Origin: Eledone cirrhosa
Lineage: Eukaryota
Assembly (NCBI GenBank): GCA_964016885.1
Contig: OZ024741.1
Span: forward strand, 169,384,001 to 169,448,000
Direction of reading: 5' to 3'
Length of the DNA: 64,000 nt
A model generated the notes under the pieces. That model did no database searches and was not told the origin of the DNA. It worked only from the letters and a program-made list of their open reading frames with translations. Both the position numbers and the translations under genes were made by a program. Within the stretch, counting starts at the first letter, position 1. Each line of letters begins with the position of its first letter. Positions 32,834 through 45,300 of this stretch are shown here, piece after piece.

Positions 32834-34196
32834 TAAAATAATTAAAAAAACAGACTTTTACGTTAATAGTTAAAATTATTTTTCTCTATCTCTCATACAA
32901 CATACCTTATCCTTACAGATTTATTTATTTTCCAATCTCTTACACAACCTTCTCCTATTCGTGCAGTCCTGACGTAATTCTTCGATGCCCTCTCAACTTT
33001 TATTCGTTCACTCACCACGCCGGCATATCATACACTAACACACCATTTCAGCGGCTCTTGCCTACCTTTTCCAACACACATGCATCGTCCCTTCTATTTT
33101 CAATTAACAACAACTACCTTCATTCTATGTCAATTCATCCGCAATCACTCTTACCTTTCACACTTCTCTTCCAACATACACCCAACCGTCTATCGTATAT
33201 CTGAGTAATTAACCTCATAGAAACAACACTTAAATTTACCTCCTCTCACACATAACCTACATTATATGGAGAAAGATATCTGCCATTTTCACTCTTAGTA
33301 TATCTTTCATCATACCACTGGCCAGCTACCACCATAACTTCGATCTTCCGACGTGGAAGAGGCTCCTATCAGAAGAAATCATCAGGCTAGATCCAGAAAC
33401 GATCTTATCTTATTTGTCGTCTAGCCTTCGGTCTCACGCCAGTTGGATTTAGCCGTCAAATCTCTCTAGTCATTCTTTCCTTATACATTCTAAACACACC
33501 TTCCTACTACCAGAGTGGTGATCTTCCGATTCAGAAAATTCGCTGCTCTACCTGTAGCCACTCCCTCATCTCCAAGCTACACATCCAATCGTCTAAGCTT
33601 ATTCCAAACGCTTGTAAATCTACATTTATAAATCAATACAACAAATAATTTACTTCACCGCACACACAGAGACATATATTACTAGCAAATGACTTATACA
33701 TATGGAACTTGTGAGCATGAGATATCTCTAACAGGTCGCATCTTGAACTCAATCAAACAATCTAGCCCATACTATTATGGAAAGACGGCGGGCAGTGATG
33801 ATATGGAATTTTAGGGTTTTCTTCAGCACAGAGATTGTTTTAGTGTCACTTGCATTTAAAATTTCATTATCTTCGTTATCCAATTCTCAGTAGTAAGAAC
33901 TTGATAAATATTCATTACAACAGTTAAACCAACTTCATTAAAGTATGATGTTGCTGTAGGTGTGTGTATTAAATGCAACTAGATAAAGTCTGATATAGTA
34001 GATAGATTCTTGTGAACTATCTCTATAAGTTAACCGTTAAAGACACACATACATATCAATTTCCGTCATTCATCTATCTGCTGGAAACAACGTTGATATT
34101 TCACTCAACTAACAGCCTCTCTCGTGGAAAAGGAAAAATGGTGATAAATACTTTTCTACAAGATTGTGATAGTAGTTAATGCTGAAAACAAATGTT

Positions 34197-34235
34197 GAAT
34201 TATTTCCCTTGACTAATACAACATAGTAGATTTGA
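34197..34235 (+). promoter_or_regulatory. Candidate distal sequence element, present in every unit
   Basis: gaattatttcccttga..gtagatttgaa at about -255 to -220 is also kept in the otherwise different upstream region of copy 1 (32432-32473). Confidence 0.4.
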
Positions 34236-34453
34236 AGGCGTAAGTTAAGATGTTGTTAAATTGAAAAAGTTTGAATAAAGAAGAATAATTTTGAAAGTAA
34301 AGAGTAGTGAATAAGTGCGTAAATAAAATAATTTGCAAGTTGTATTGTTTTTTGTATTGTGGAATTAAATTTTCAGTAGTTGTTGATGGTATAAAGTCAG
34401 TAGATCTTTGGTAAGTATAATGTTATATGAAGAAAGTGAATATGGTGTCTAGC

Positions 34454-34616
34454 ATACTTACCTGGCACAGGAGTTAACCATGATCCGCTAGGTGGTTCTC
34501 CCAGAGTGAGGCTCTTCCATTGCACTCCGGTTGGGTTGACCTTTGCGATCGCCCCAAATGTGGGCGATTCGGGTGCGCTATTTCTAAGTGTGGGGTCTAC
34601 GTTCGCGCTCACCCTG
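34454..34616 (+). ncRNA. U1: U1 snRNA copy 2
   Basis: 163 nt, colinear with metazoan U1; SL2 loop ATTGCACTCC. Confidence 0.92.
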
Positions 34617-36259
34617 CAAATTAATTAAAAAAACAGACTTTTACATTAATAATTAAAATTATTTTTCTCTATTCTTTCACACAATCCACTTATACCTATT
34701 CTCTCATACAACCTAACTTTTCAGATTTATTTATATTCCAACTCCCTGATAAAACCTTTTCCTATTCATGCAATCCTCACCTAACTCTTCTCTGCACTCT
34801 CAACTCTTGCCCACGCCGGCATATCATACACTAACATACCATTTCAGCGGCTCTTGCCTACATTTTCCAACACACATGCATCGTCCCTTCTATTTTCAAA
34901 TAACAACATCTACCTTCATTCTATTTCAATTAATCCGCAATCATTCTTACCTTTCACACTTCTCTTCCAACATACATCCAACCGTCTATCGTATATCTGA
35001 GTAATTATGCTCATAGAAACAACACTTAAATTTACTTCAACTTCACCCTGCTCTCACACATAACCTACATTATATGGAGAAAGATATCTGCCATTTTCAC
35101 TCTTATTATATCTTTCATCATACCACTGGCCAACTAAACCATAATTTCGATCTTCCGACGTGGAAGAGGCTTCTATAAGAAGAAACTGTCACCAAATCAT
35201 CAGGCTAGATCCAGAAACGATCTTATCTTATTTGTCATCTAGCCTTCGGTCTCACGCCGGGTCGATTTAGCCGTCAAATATCTCTAGTCATTCTTTCCTT
35301 ATACATTCTAAACACACCTTCCTACTACCAGAGTGGTGATCTTCCGATTCAGAAAATTCGCTGCTCTACCTGTAGCCACTCCAAGCTACACATCCAATCG
35401 ACTAAGCTTATTCCAAACGCTTGTAAATCTACATTTACAAATCAATACAACAAATAATTTACTTCAGTGCACACACACAGACATATATTACTAGCCAATG
35501 GCTTATATATGGAGCTTGTGAGCGTGAGATATCTCTAACAGGTCGCATCTTGAGCTCAATCAAACAATCTAGCCCATACTATTATGGAAAGAGGGCGTGC
35601 AGTGATGATATGGATTTTTAGGGTTTTCTTCAGTACAGAGATTGTTTAGTGATTTAAAATTTCATTATCTTCATTATCCACTTCATAGTAGTGAGAACTT
35701 GGTAAATATTTATTACAACAGTTAAACCAACTTCATTAAAGTATGATGTTGCTGTAGGTGTGTGTATAACAAGCAACTAGATAAAGTCTGATATAGTAGA
35801 TAGATTGTTGTAAACTATCTCTATAAGTTAACCGTGAATGACACACACACATATCAATTTGCGTTATTCATCGATCTGCTGGAAACAACGTTGATATTTC
35901 TCTCAACTAACAGCCTCTCTCCTGGAAGAAGGAAAAAACGGTGATAAATACCTTTCATCAAGTTTGTGATAGTAGTTCAAGCTAAAAATAAATGTTGAAT
36001 TATTTCCCTTGACTAATACAAAATAGTAGATTTGAAGGCGTAAGTAAAGATAGTTTAGTTGTTAAATTGATAAAGTTTGAATAAAGAAGAAGAATTTTGA
36101 AAGTCAAGAGTAGTGAATAAGTGGGTAAATAAAATAATTTACAAGATGTATTGTTTTTTCTATTGTGGAATTAAATTTTCAGTAGTTGTTGATGGTATAA
36201 ACTCAGTAGATCTTTTGTAAGTATAATGTTATATGAAGAAAGTGAATATGGCGTCTAAC

Positions 36260-36422
36260 ATACTTACCTGGCACAGGAGCTAACCACGATCAGCTAGGTG
36301 GTTCTCCCAGAGTGAGGCCCTTCCATTGCACTGCGGTTGGGTTGACCTTTGCGATCGCCCCAAATGTGGGCGACTCGGGTGTGCTATTTCTAAGTGTGGG
36401 GTCTGCGTTCGCGCTCACCCCG
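36260..36422 (+). ncRNA. U1: U1 snRNA copy 3
   Basis: 163 nt; SL1 loop GATCAGCTAG. Confidence 0.92.
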
Positions 36423-36516
36423 AAAATATCAAAAAACAGACTATTAATAATTATTGTTCTCTGTTCTTACGCACTATCCACTTACACTCAACAGCTCATA
36501 CAACCTACCCTTCATT

Positions 36517-36649
36517 GGCCCTTGCCAGTCTGAGTTCAAATCCCGCCAAAGTTAACGTTGCCTTTCATCCTTATGGGGTCGATAAAATAAAGTACCAGTA
36601 ATATACCAGATGTTTTGCTGGCCTTGTGCCAAAAGTAGAAACAATTATT
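36517..36649 (+). mobile_element. 5'-truncated SINE in the spacer, duplicated at 40236-40368
   Basis: B box, core and tail of the SINE family. Confidence 0.8.
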
Positions 36650-38193
36650 TATTTACGCTTAAAACTCCCAGACACAACCTTTTCCTATTTATGCAATCAT
36701 GACCTAACTCTTCTCTGCACTCTCAACTGTTGCTCCTTCACTCACCACGCCGGCATATCATACACTGACATAACATTTCAGCGGCTCTTGCCTACCTTTT
36801 CCAACACACATGCATCGTCCCTTCTATTTTCAATTAACAACAACTACCTTCATTCTATTTCAATTTATCCGCAATCACACTTCTCTTCCAACATACACCC
36901 AACAGTCTATCGTATATCTGAGTAATCCACCTCATAGAAACAACATTTACATTTACCTCAACTTCACCCTGCTCTCACACATAACCTACATTAAATGGCG
37001 AAAGATATCTGCCATTTTCACTCTTAGTATATCTTTCATCATACCACTGGCCAGCTACCACCATAACTTCGATCTTCCAACGTGGAAGAGGCTCCTATCA
37101 GAAGAAACTGTCACCAAATCATCAGGCTAGATCCAGAAACGATCTTATCTTATTTGTCGTCTAGCCTTTCGTCTCACGCCGGTTCGATTTAGCCGTCAAA
37201 TCTCTCTAGTCATTCTTTCCTTATACATTCTAAACACGCCTTCCTACTACCAGAGTGGTGATCTTCCAATTCAGAAAATTCGCTGCTCTACCTGTAGCCA
37301 CTCCCTCATCTCCAAGCTACACATCCAATCGTCTAAGCTTATTCCAAACGCTTGTAAATCTACATTTATAAATCAATACAACAAATAATTTACTTCACCG
37401 CACACACAGAGACATATATTACTAGCAAATGACTTATACATATGGAACTTGTGAGCATGAGATATCTCTAACAGGTCGCATCTTGAACTCAATCAAACAA
37501 TCTAGCCCATACTATTATGGAAAGACGGCGGGCAGTGATGATATGGAATTTTAGGGTTTTCTTCAGCACAGAGATTGTTTTAGTGTCACTTGCATTTAAA
37601 ATTTCATTATCTTCGTTATCCAATTCTCAGTAGTAAGAACTTGATAAATATTTATTACAACAGTTAAACCAACTTCATTAAAGTATGATGTTGCTGTAGG
37701 TGTGTGTATAACATGCAACTAGATAAAGTCTGATATAGTAGATAGATTGTTGTGAACTATCTCTATAAGTTAACCGTTAAAGACACACATACATATCAAT
37801 TTCCGTCATTCATCTATCTGCTGGAAACAACGTTGATATTTCACTCAACTAACAGCCTCTCTCGTGGAAAAGGAAAAATGGTGATAAATACTTTTCTACA
37901 AGATTGTGATAGTAGTTAATGCTGAAAACAAATGTTGAATTATTTCCCTTGACTAATACAACATAGTAGATTTGAAGGCGTAAGTTAAGATGTTGTTAAA
38001 TTGAAAAAGTTTGAATAAAGAAGAATAATTTTGAAAGGAAAGAGTAGTGAATAAGTGCGTAAATAAAATAATTTGCAAGTTGTATTGTTTTTTGTATTGT
38101 GGAATTAAATTTTCAGTAGTTGTTGATGGTATAAAGTCAGTAGATCTTTGGTAAGTATAATGTTATATGAAGAAAGTGAATATGGTGTCTAGC

Positions 38194-38356
38194 ATACTTA
38201 CCTGGCACAGGAGTTAACCATGATCCGCTAGGTGGTTCTCCCAGAGTGAGGCTCTTCCATTGCACTCCGGTTGGGTTGACCTTTGCGATCGCCCCAAATG
38301 TGGGCGATTCGGGTGCGCTATTTCTAAGTGTGGGGTCTGCGTTCGCGCTCACCCTG
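38194..38356 (+). ncRNA. U1: U1 snRNA copy 4
   Basis: 163 nt; nearly identical to copy 2. Confidence 0.92.
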
Positions 38357-40000
38357 CAAATTAATTAAAAAAACAGACTTTTACATTAATAATTAAAATT
38401 ATTTTTCTCTATTCTTTCACACAATCCACTTATACCTATTCTCTCATACAACCTAACTTTTCAGATTTATTTATATTCCAACTCCCTGATAAAACCTTTT
38501 CCTATTCATGCAATCCTCACCTAACTCTTCTCTGCACTCTCAACTCTTGCCCACGCCGGCATATCATACACTAACACACCATTTCACCGGCTCTTGCCTA
38601 CATTTTCCAACACACATGCATCGTCCCTTCTATTTTCAAATAACAACATCTACCTTCATTCTATTTCAATTAATCCGCAATCACTCTTACCTTTCACACT
38701 TCTCTTCCAACATACATCCAACCGTCTATCGTATATCTGAGTAATTAAGCTCATAGAAACAACACTTAAATTTACTTCAACTTCACCCTGCTCTCACACA
38801 TAACCTACATTATATGGAGAAAGATGTCTGCCATTTTCACTCTTATTATATCTTTCATCATACCACTGGCCAGCTACCACCATAACTTCGATCTTCCGAC
38901 GTGGAAGAGGCTTCTATAAGAAGAAACTGTCACCAAATCATCAGGCTAGATCCAGAAACGATCTTATCTTATTTGTCATCTAGCCTTCGGTCTCACGCCG
39001 GGTCGATTTAGCCGTCAAATATCTCTAGTCATTCTTTCCTTATACATTCTAAACACACCTTCCTACTACCAGAGTGGTGATCTTCCGATTCAGAAAATTC
39101 GCTGCTCTACCTGTAGCCACTCCAAGCTACACATCCAATCGACTAAGCTTATTCCAAACGCTTGTAAATCTACATTTACAAATCAATACAACAAATAATT
39201 TACTTCAGTGCACACACACAGACATATATTACTAGCCAATGGCTTATATATGGAGCTTGTGAGCGTGAGATATCTCTAACAGGTCGCATCTTGAGCTCAA
39301 TCAAACAATCTAGCCCATACTATTATGGAAAGAGGGCGTGCAGTGATGATATGGATTTTTAGGGTTTTCTTCAGTACAGAGATTGTTTAGTGATTTAAAA
39401 TTTCATTATCTTCATTATCCACTTCATAGTAGTGAGAACTTGGTAAATATTTATTACAACAGTTAAACCAACTTCATTAAAGTATTATGTTGCTGTAGGT
39501 GTGTGTATAACAAGCAACTAGATAAAGTCTGATATAGTAGATAGATTGTTGTGAACTATCTCTATAAGTTAACCGTGAATGACACACACACATATCAATT
39601 TGCGTTATTCATCGATCTGCTGGAAACAACGTTGATATTTCTCTCAACTAACAGCCTCTCTCCTGGAAGAAGGAAAAAACGGTGATAAATACCTTTCATC
39701 AAGTTTGTGATAGTAGTTCAAGCTAAAAATAAATGTTGAATTATTTCCCTTGACTAATACAAAATAGTAGATTTGAAGGCGTAAGTAAAGATAGTTTAGT
39801 TGTTAAATTGATAAAGTTTGAATAAAGAAGAAGAATTTTGAAAGTAAAGAGTAGTGAATAAGTGGGTAAATAAAATAATTTGCAAGATGTATTGTTTTTT
39901 CTATTGTGGAATTAAATTTTCAGTAGTTGTTGATGGTATAAACTCAGTAGATCTTTTGTAAGTATAATGTTATATGAAGAAAGTGAATATGGCGTCTAGC

Positions 40001-40140
40001 ATACTTACCTGGCACAGGAGCTAACCACGATCAGCTAGGTGGTTCTCCCAGAGTGAGGCCCTTCCATTGCGATCGCCCCAAATGTGGGCGACTCGGGTGT
40101 GCTATTTCTAAGTGTGGGGTCTGCGTTCGCGCTCACCCCG
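40001..40140 (+). pseudogene. U1: U1 copy 5 with 23-nt deletion in stem-loop 2
   Basis: Reads ccattgcgatcg; deletion between two TTGC copies. Confidence 0.88.
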
Positions 40141-41483
40141 TAAAATATCAAAAAACAGACTATTAATAATTATTGTTCTCTGTTCTTACGCACTATCCAC
40201 TTACACTCAACAGCCCATACAACCTACCCTTCATTGGCCCTTGCCAGTCTGAGTTCAAATCCCGCCAAAGTTAACGTTGCCTTTCATCCTTATGGGGTCG
40301 ATAAAATAAAGTACCAGTAATATACCAGATGTTTTGCTGGCCTTGTGCCAAAAGTAGAAACAATTATTTATTTACGCTTAAAACTCCCAGACACAACCTT
40401 TTCCTATTTATGCAATCATGACCTAACTCTTCTCTGCACTCTCAACTGTTGCTCCTTCACTCACCACGCCGGCATATCATACACTGACATAACATTTCAG
40501 CGGCTCTTGCCTACCTTTTCCAACACACATGCATCGTCCCTTCTATTTTCAATTAACAACAACTACCTTCATTCTATTTCAATTTATCCGCAATCACACT
40601 TCTCTTCCAACATACACCCAACCGTCTATCGTATATCTGAGTAATCCACCTCATAGAAACAACACTTACATTTACCTCAACTTCACCCTGCTCTCACACA
40701 TAACCTACATTAAATGGCGAAAGATATCTGCCATTTTCACTCTTAGTATATCTTTCATCATACCACTGGCTAGCTACCACCATAACTTCGATCTTCCGAC
40801 GTGGAAGAGGCTCCTATCAGAAGAAACTGTCACCAAATCATCAGGCTAGATACAGAAACGATCTTATCTTATTTGTCGTCTAGCCTTTCGTCTCACGCCG
40901 GTTCGATTTAGCCGTCAAATCTCTCTAGTCATTCTTTCCTTATACATTCTAAACACACCTATCTACTACCAGAGTGGTGATCTTCCGATTCAGAAAATTC
41001 GCTGCTCTACCTGTACCCACTCCCTCATCTCCAAGCTACACATCCAATCGACCAAGCTTATTCCAAACGCTTGTAAATCTACATTTACAAATCAATACAA
41101 CAAACAATTTACTTCAGCGAACACACACAGACATATATTACTAGCAAATCACTTATATATGGAACTTGTGAGCATGTGATATCTCTAACAGGTCGCATCT
41201 TGAACTCAATCAAACAATCTAGCCTATACTAATATGGAAAGAGGACGTGCAATGATGATATGGATTTTTAGGCTTTTCTTAAGCACAGAGATTGTTTTAG
41301 TGTCACTTGGATTTAAAATTTAATTATCTTTATTATCCACTTCTCAGTAGTGAGAATTGATAAATATTTATTACAACACTTAAACCAACTTCATTAAAGT
41401 ATTATGTTGCTGTAGGTGTGTGTATAACATGCAACTAGATAAAGTCTGATATAGTAGATAGATTCTTGTGAAATATCTATATA

Positions 41484-42303
41484 CAAGTGCACCACCATGC
41501 ATTTTGGGAGTAAAAACCCAGCGTCCACATACTCCCTCCACAGCACTAATATCAAGAAGTCTTCTTGTGAACGTGACCTGGACATTGCGGTCAGCAGCGA
41601 TTTGCGTTGGACGAAGCACGTCTCTAAAATTGTCAAGAGGGCCGAGGGTGTCTTAACATCACTCAGCAAGACCTTTGTCAGCCGCTCTCCTGCTATCTAT
41701 TTAAGGCTGTACATGGCTATGGTGCGGCCACAATTAGAATTTGCATCGCCAGTCTGGGACCCCTAGCTTGCTCAGAACATTGACCGCCTGGAAACTGTTC
41801 GGAGACGTGCAACCAAGCGAATACCCTCCATCAGGCATCTACCATACTCTGAGCGCCTTGCTTCCCTGGGCATGGATACATTGAAGCTCCGACGCCTGGC
41901 AACTGACTTGGTGAACACCGACAAAATTGTTAACCATCTTGCCAACAACAACCCTGAGTAGCTTTTTGATTTCCATGTGTCTAACACACGTGGGCATGCC
42001 CACAAAATCTGAAAACAGTACAGTTCCCATGACTTTCGGAAACATTTTTTCAAGCTCAGAGTTGCTGAAGCATGTAACAAACTACCTGCGTCGGTTGTTA
42101 GCTGTCGAGACACTGGATCCTTTAAGGCCTCCATGCTTCCCGAGATTCGCCAACACTACACCTAATGTCCCCCTTCCCTCTCCATACACATACACACATG
42201 TATATCATGACTCAAACACTATTCCCTTCCCTGACATTTGTGTATTATTCTATGTACTATACATGCACCTTTGACGAGTTGTAGTGCACCTGAGCACTTT
42301 ACA

Positions 42304-42335
<32 letters not shown>
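41484..42335 (+). mobile_element. 5'-truncated CR1-clade LINE with (ATT)n tail, unit 5
   Basis: KCTTMHFG..CERDL..LYMAMVRP.LEFASPVW.P; absent from units 1-4. Confidence 0.88.
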
Positions 42336-42339
<4 letters not shown>

Positions 42340-42784
42340 AATTAACCGTGAGAGACACTAAAGACACACACACAAATCTCAATTTGCGTTATTCATCGAT
42401 CTGCTGGAAACAACGTTGATATTTGTCTCAACTAACAGCCTCTCTCCTGGAAGAAGGAAAAAACGGTGATAATTACTTTTCTGCAAGTTTGTGATAGTAG
42501 TTAATGCTAAAAGCAAATGTTGAATTATTTCCCTTGACTAATACAAGATAGTAGATTTGAAGGCGTAAGTAAAGATAGTTTAGTTGTTAAATTGATAAAG
42601 TTTGTATAAAGAAGAATAACTTTGAAAGTAAAGAGTAGTGAATAAGTGTATAAATAAAATAATTTGCAAGTTGTATTGTTTTTTGTATTGTGGAATTAAA
42701 CTTTCAGTAGTTGTTGATGGTATAAAGTCAGTAGATCTTTTGTAAGTATAATGTTATATGAAGAAAGTGGTTATGGTGTCTAGC

Positions 42785-42947
42785 ATACTTACCTGGCACA
42801 GGGGTTAACCATGATCCGCTAGGTGGTTCTCCCAGAGTGAGGCTCTTCCATTGCACTGCGGTTGGGTTGACATTTGCGATCGCCCCAAATGTGGGCGACT
42901 CGGGTGCGCTATTTCTAAGTGTGGGGTTTGCGTTCGCGCTCACCTCT
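42785..42947 (+). ncRNA. U1: U1 snRNA copy 6
   Basis: 163 nt; private substitutions in SL2 and SL4. Confidence 0.88.
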
Positions 42948-42989
42948 TAAAATATTCAAAAAGACAGACTTTTTACCATTATTAAATTA

Positions 42990-43086
42990 TTAACTTTGCC
43001 TTTCATCCTTACAGGGTCGATAAAATAAAGTACCAGTAATGCACTGGATAATTGCTGGCCTTGTGCCTAAAGTAGAAACAATTATT
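42990..43086 (+). mobile_element. 5'-truncated SINE
   Basis: Core and tail, flanked by duplicated attattaaattat. Confidence 0.8.
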
Positions 43087-44231
43087 AAATTATAATTATC
43101 TTTCTCTATTCTTTCACACATTCCACTTTACTCATTCTCTCATACAACCTAACTTTTCAGATTTATTTCTTTTACAAACTCCCTCATACCACCTTTTCCT
43201 ATTCATGCAATCCTCACCTAACTCTTCTCTGCACTCTCAACTCTTGCCCACGCCGGCATATCATACACTAACACACCATTTCACCGGCTCTTGCCTACCT
43301 TTTCCAACACACATGCATCGTCCCTTCTATTTTCAATTAACAACAACTACCTTCATTCTATTTCAATTCAGCCGCAATCACTCTTACCTTTCACACTTCT
43401 CTTCCAACATACACCCAACCGTCTATCGTGTATCTGAGTAATTAACCTCCTCTCACACATAACCTACATTATATGGAGAAAGATATCTGCCATTTTCACT
43501 CTTAGTATATCTTTCATCATACCACTGGCCAGCTAAATCATAACTTCCATCTTCCGACGGAGAAGAGGCTCCTATCAGAAGAAATCATCAGGCTAGATCC
43601 AGAAACGATCTTATCTTATTTGTCGTCTAGCCTTCGGTCTCACGCCAGTTGGATTTACCCGTATTATCTCTCGAGTCATTCTTTCCTTATACATTCTAAA
43701 CACACCTTCCTACTACCAGAGTGGTGATCTTCCGATTCAGAAAATTCGCTGCTCTACCTGTAGCCACTCCCTCATCTCCAAGCTACACATCCAATCGACC
43801 AAGCTTATTCCAAACGCTTGTAAATCTACATTTACAAATCAATACAACAAACAATTTACTTCAGCGAACACACACAGACATATATTACTAGCAAATCACT
43901 TATATATGGAACTTGTGAGCATGTGATATCTCTAACAGGTCGCATCTTGAACTCAATCAAACAATCTAGCCTATACTAATATGGAAAGAGGACGTGCAAT
44001 GATGATATGGATTTTTAGGCTTTTCTTAAGCACAGAGATTGTTTTAGTGTCACTTGCATTTAAAATTTAATTATCTTTATTATCCACTTCTCAGTAGTGA
44101 GAACTTGATAAATATTTATTACAACAGTTAAACCAACTTCATTAAAGTATTATGTTGCTGTAGGTGTGTGTATAACATGCAACTAGATAAACTCTGATAT
44201 AGTAGATAGATTATTGTGAAATATCTATATA

Positions 44232-45053
44232 CAAGTGCACCACCATGCATTTTGGGAGTAAAAACCCAGCGTCCACATACTCCCTCCACAGCACTAATAT
44301 TAAGAAGTCTTCTTGTGAACGTGACCTGGACATTGCGGTCAGCAGCGATTTGCGTTGGACGAAGCACGTCTCTAAAATTGTCAAGAGGACCGAGGGTGTC
44401 TTAACATCACTCAGCAAGACCTTTGTCAGCCGCTCTCCTGCTATCTATTTAAGGCTGTACATGGCTATGGTGCGGCCACACTTAGAATTTGCATCACCAG
44501 TCTGGGACCCCTAGCTTGCTCAGAACATTGACCGCCTGGAAACTGTTGAGAGACGTGCAACCAAGCGAATACCCTCCATCAGGCATCTACCATACTCTGA
44601 GCGCCTTGCTTCCCTGGGCATGGATACATTGAAGCTCCGACGCCTGGCAACTGACTTGGTAAACACCGACAAAATTGTTAACCATCTTGCCAACAACAAC
44701 CCTGAGTAGCTTTTTGATTTCCATGTGTCTAACACACGTGGGCATGCCCACAAAGTCTGAAAACAGTACAGTTCCCATGACTTTCGGAAACATTTTTTCA
44801 CGCTCAGAGTTGCTGAAGCATTTAACAAACTACCTGCATCGGTTGTTAGCTGTCGAGACACTGCATCCTTTAAGGCCTCCATGCTTCCCGAGAAGCCAAC
44901 ACTACACCTAATGTCCCCCCCTCCCTCCCTCATACACACATGTATATCATGACTCATACACTATTCACTTCTCTGACATTTGTGTTTTATTCTATCTACT
45001 ATACATGCACCTTTGACGAGTTGTAGTGCACCTGAGCACTTTACACAATAATT

Positions 45054-45085
<32 letters not shown>
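44232..45085 (+). mobile_element. CR1 fragment, unit 6; tail interrupted by LINE C
   Basis: Same junction and ORF remnant as 41484. Confidence 0.88.
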
Positions 45086-45300
45086 GAATGCCATGGTTGA
45101 CGGAGGCTCGGCTCTGTAAGGTATAGTAATTTTTAACCGTTAAAACAATTGTAAATTGTTTAAAACTTGAACCAAATTGTTGATAAAGACACCCTCCTCC
45201 TCGTGAGAGGGGTCTTTCTGTCCGTTATTTGGCCCTTCGGGGTTAAATAACCAGTTATTGGGGTTTTGTACCCAAAATTTCATTTTAAACAAAAAACAAC

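Noticed and set aside
32834-34453. Second snRNA, 5S or protein gene in the spacer
   Set aside because: No U2, U4, U5, U6, 5S or SL motif recognised by eye, and spacer ORFs vary by indels; a covariance search could still find something.
34397-34612. Recurrent 71-aa minus-strand ORF (MSANADPTL..)
   Set aside because: It is the antisense of U1, starts at a non-ATG codon and recurs only because the array does.
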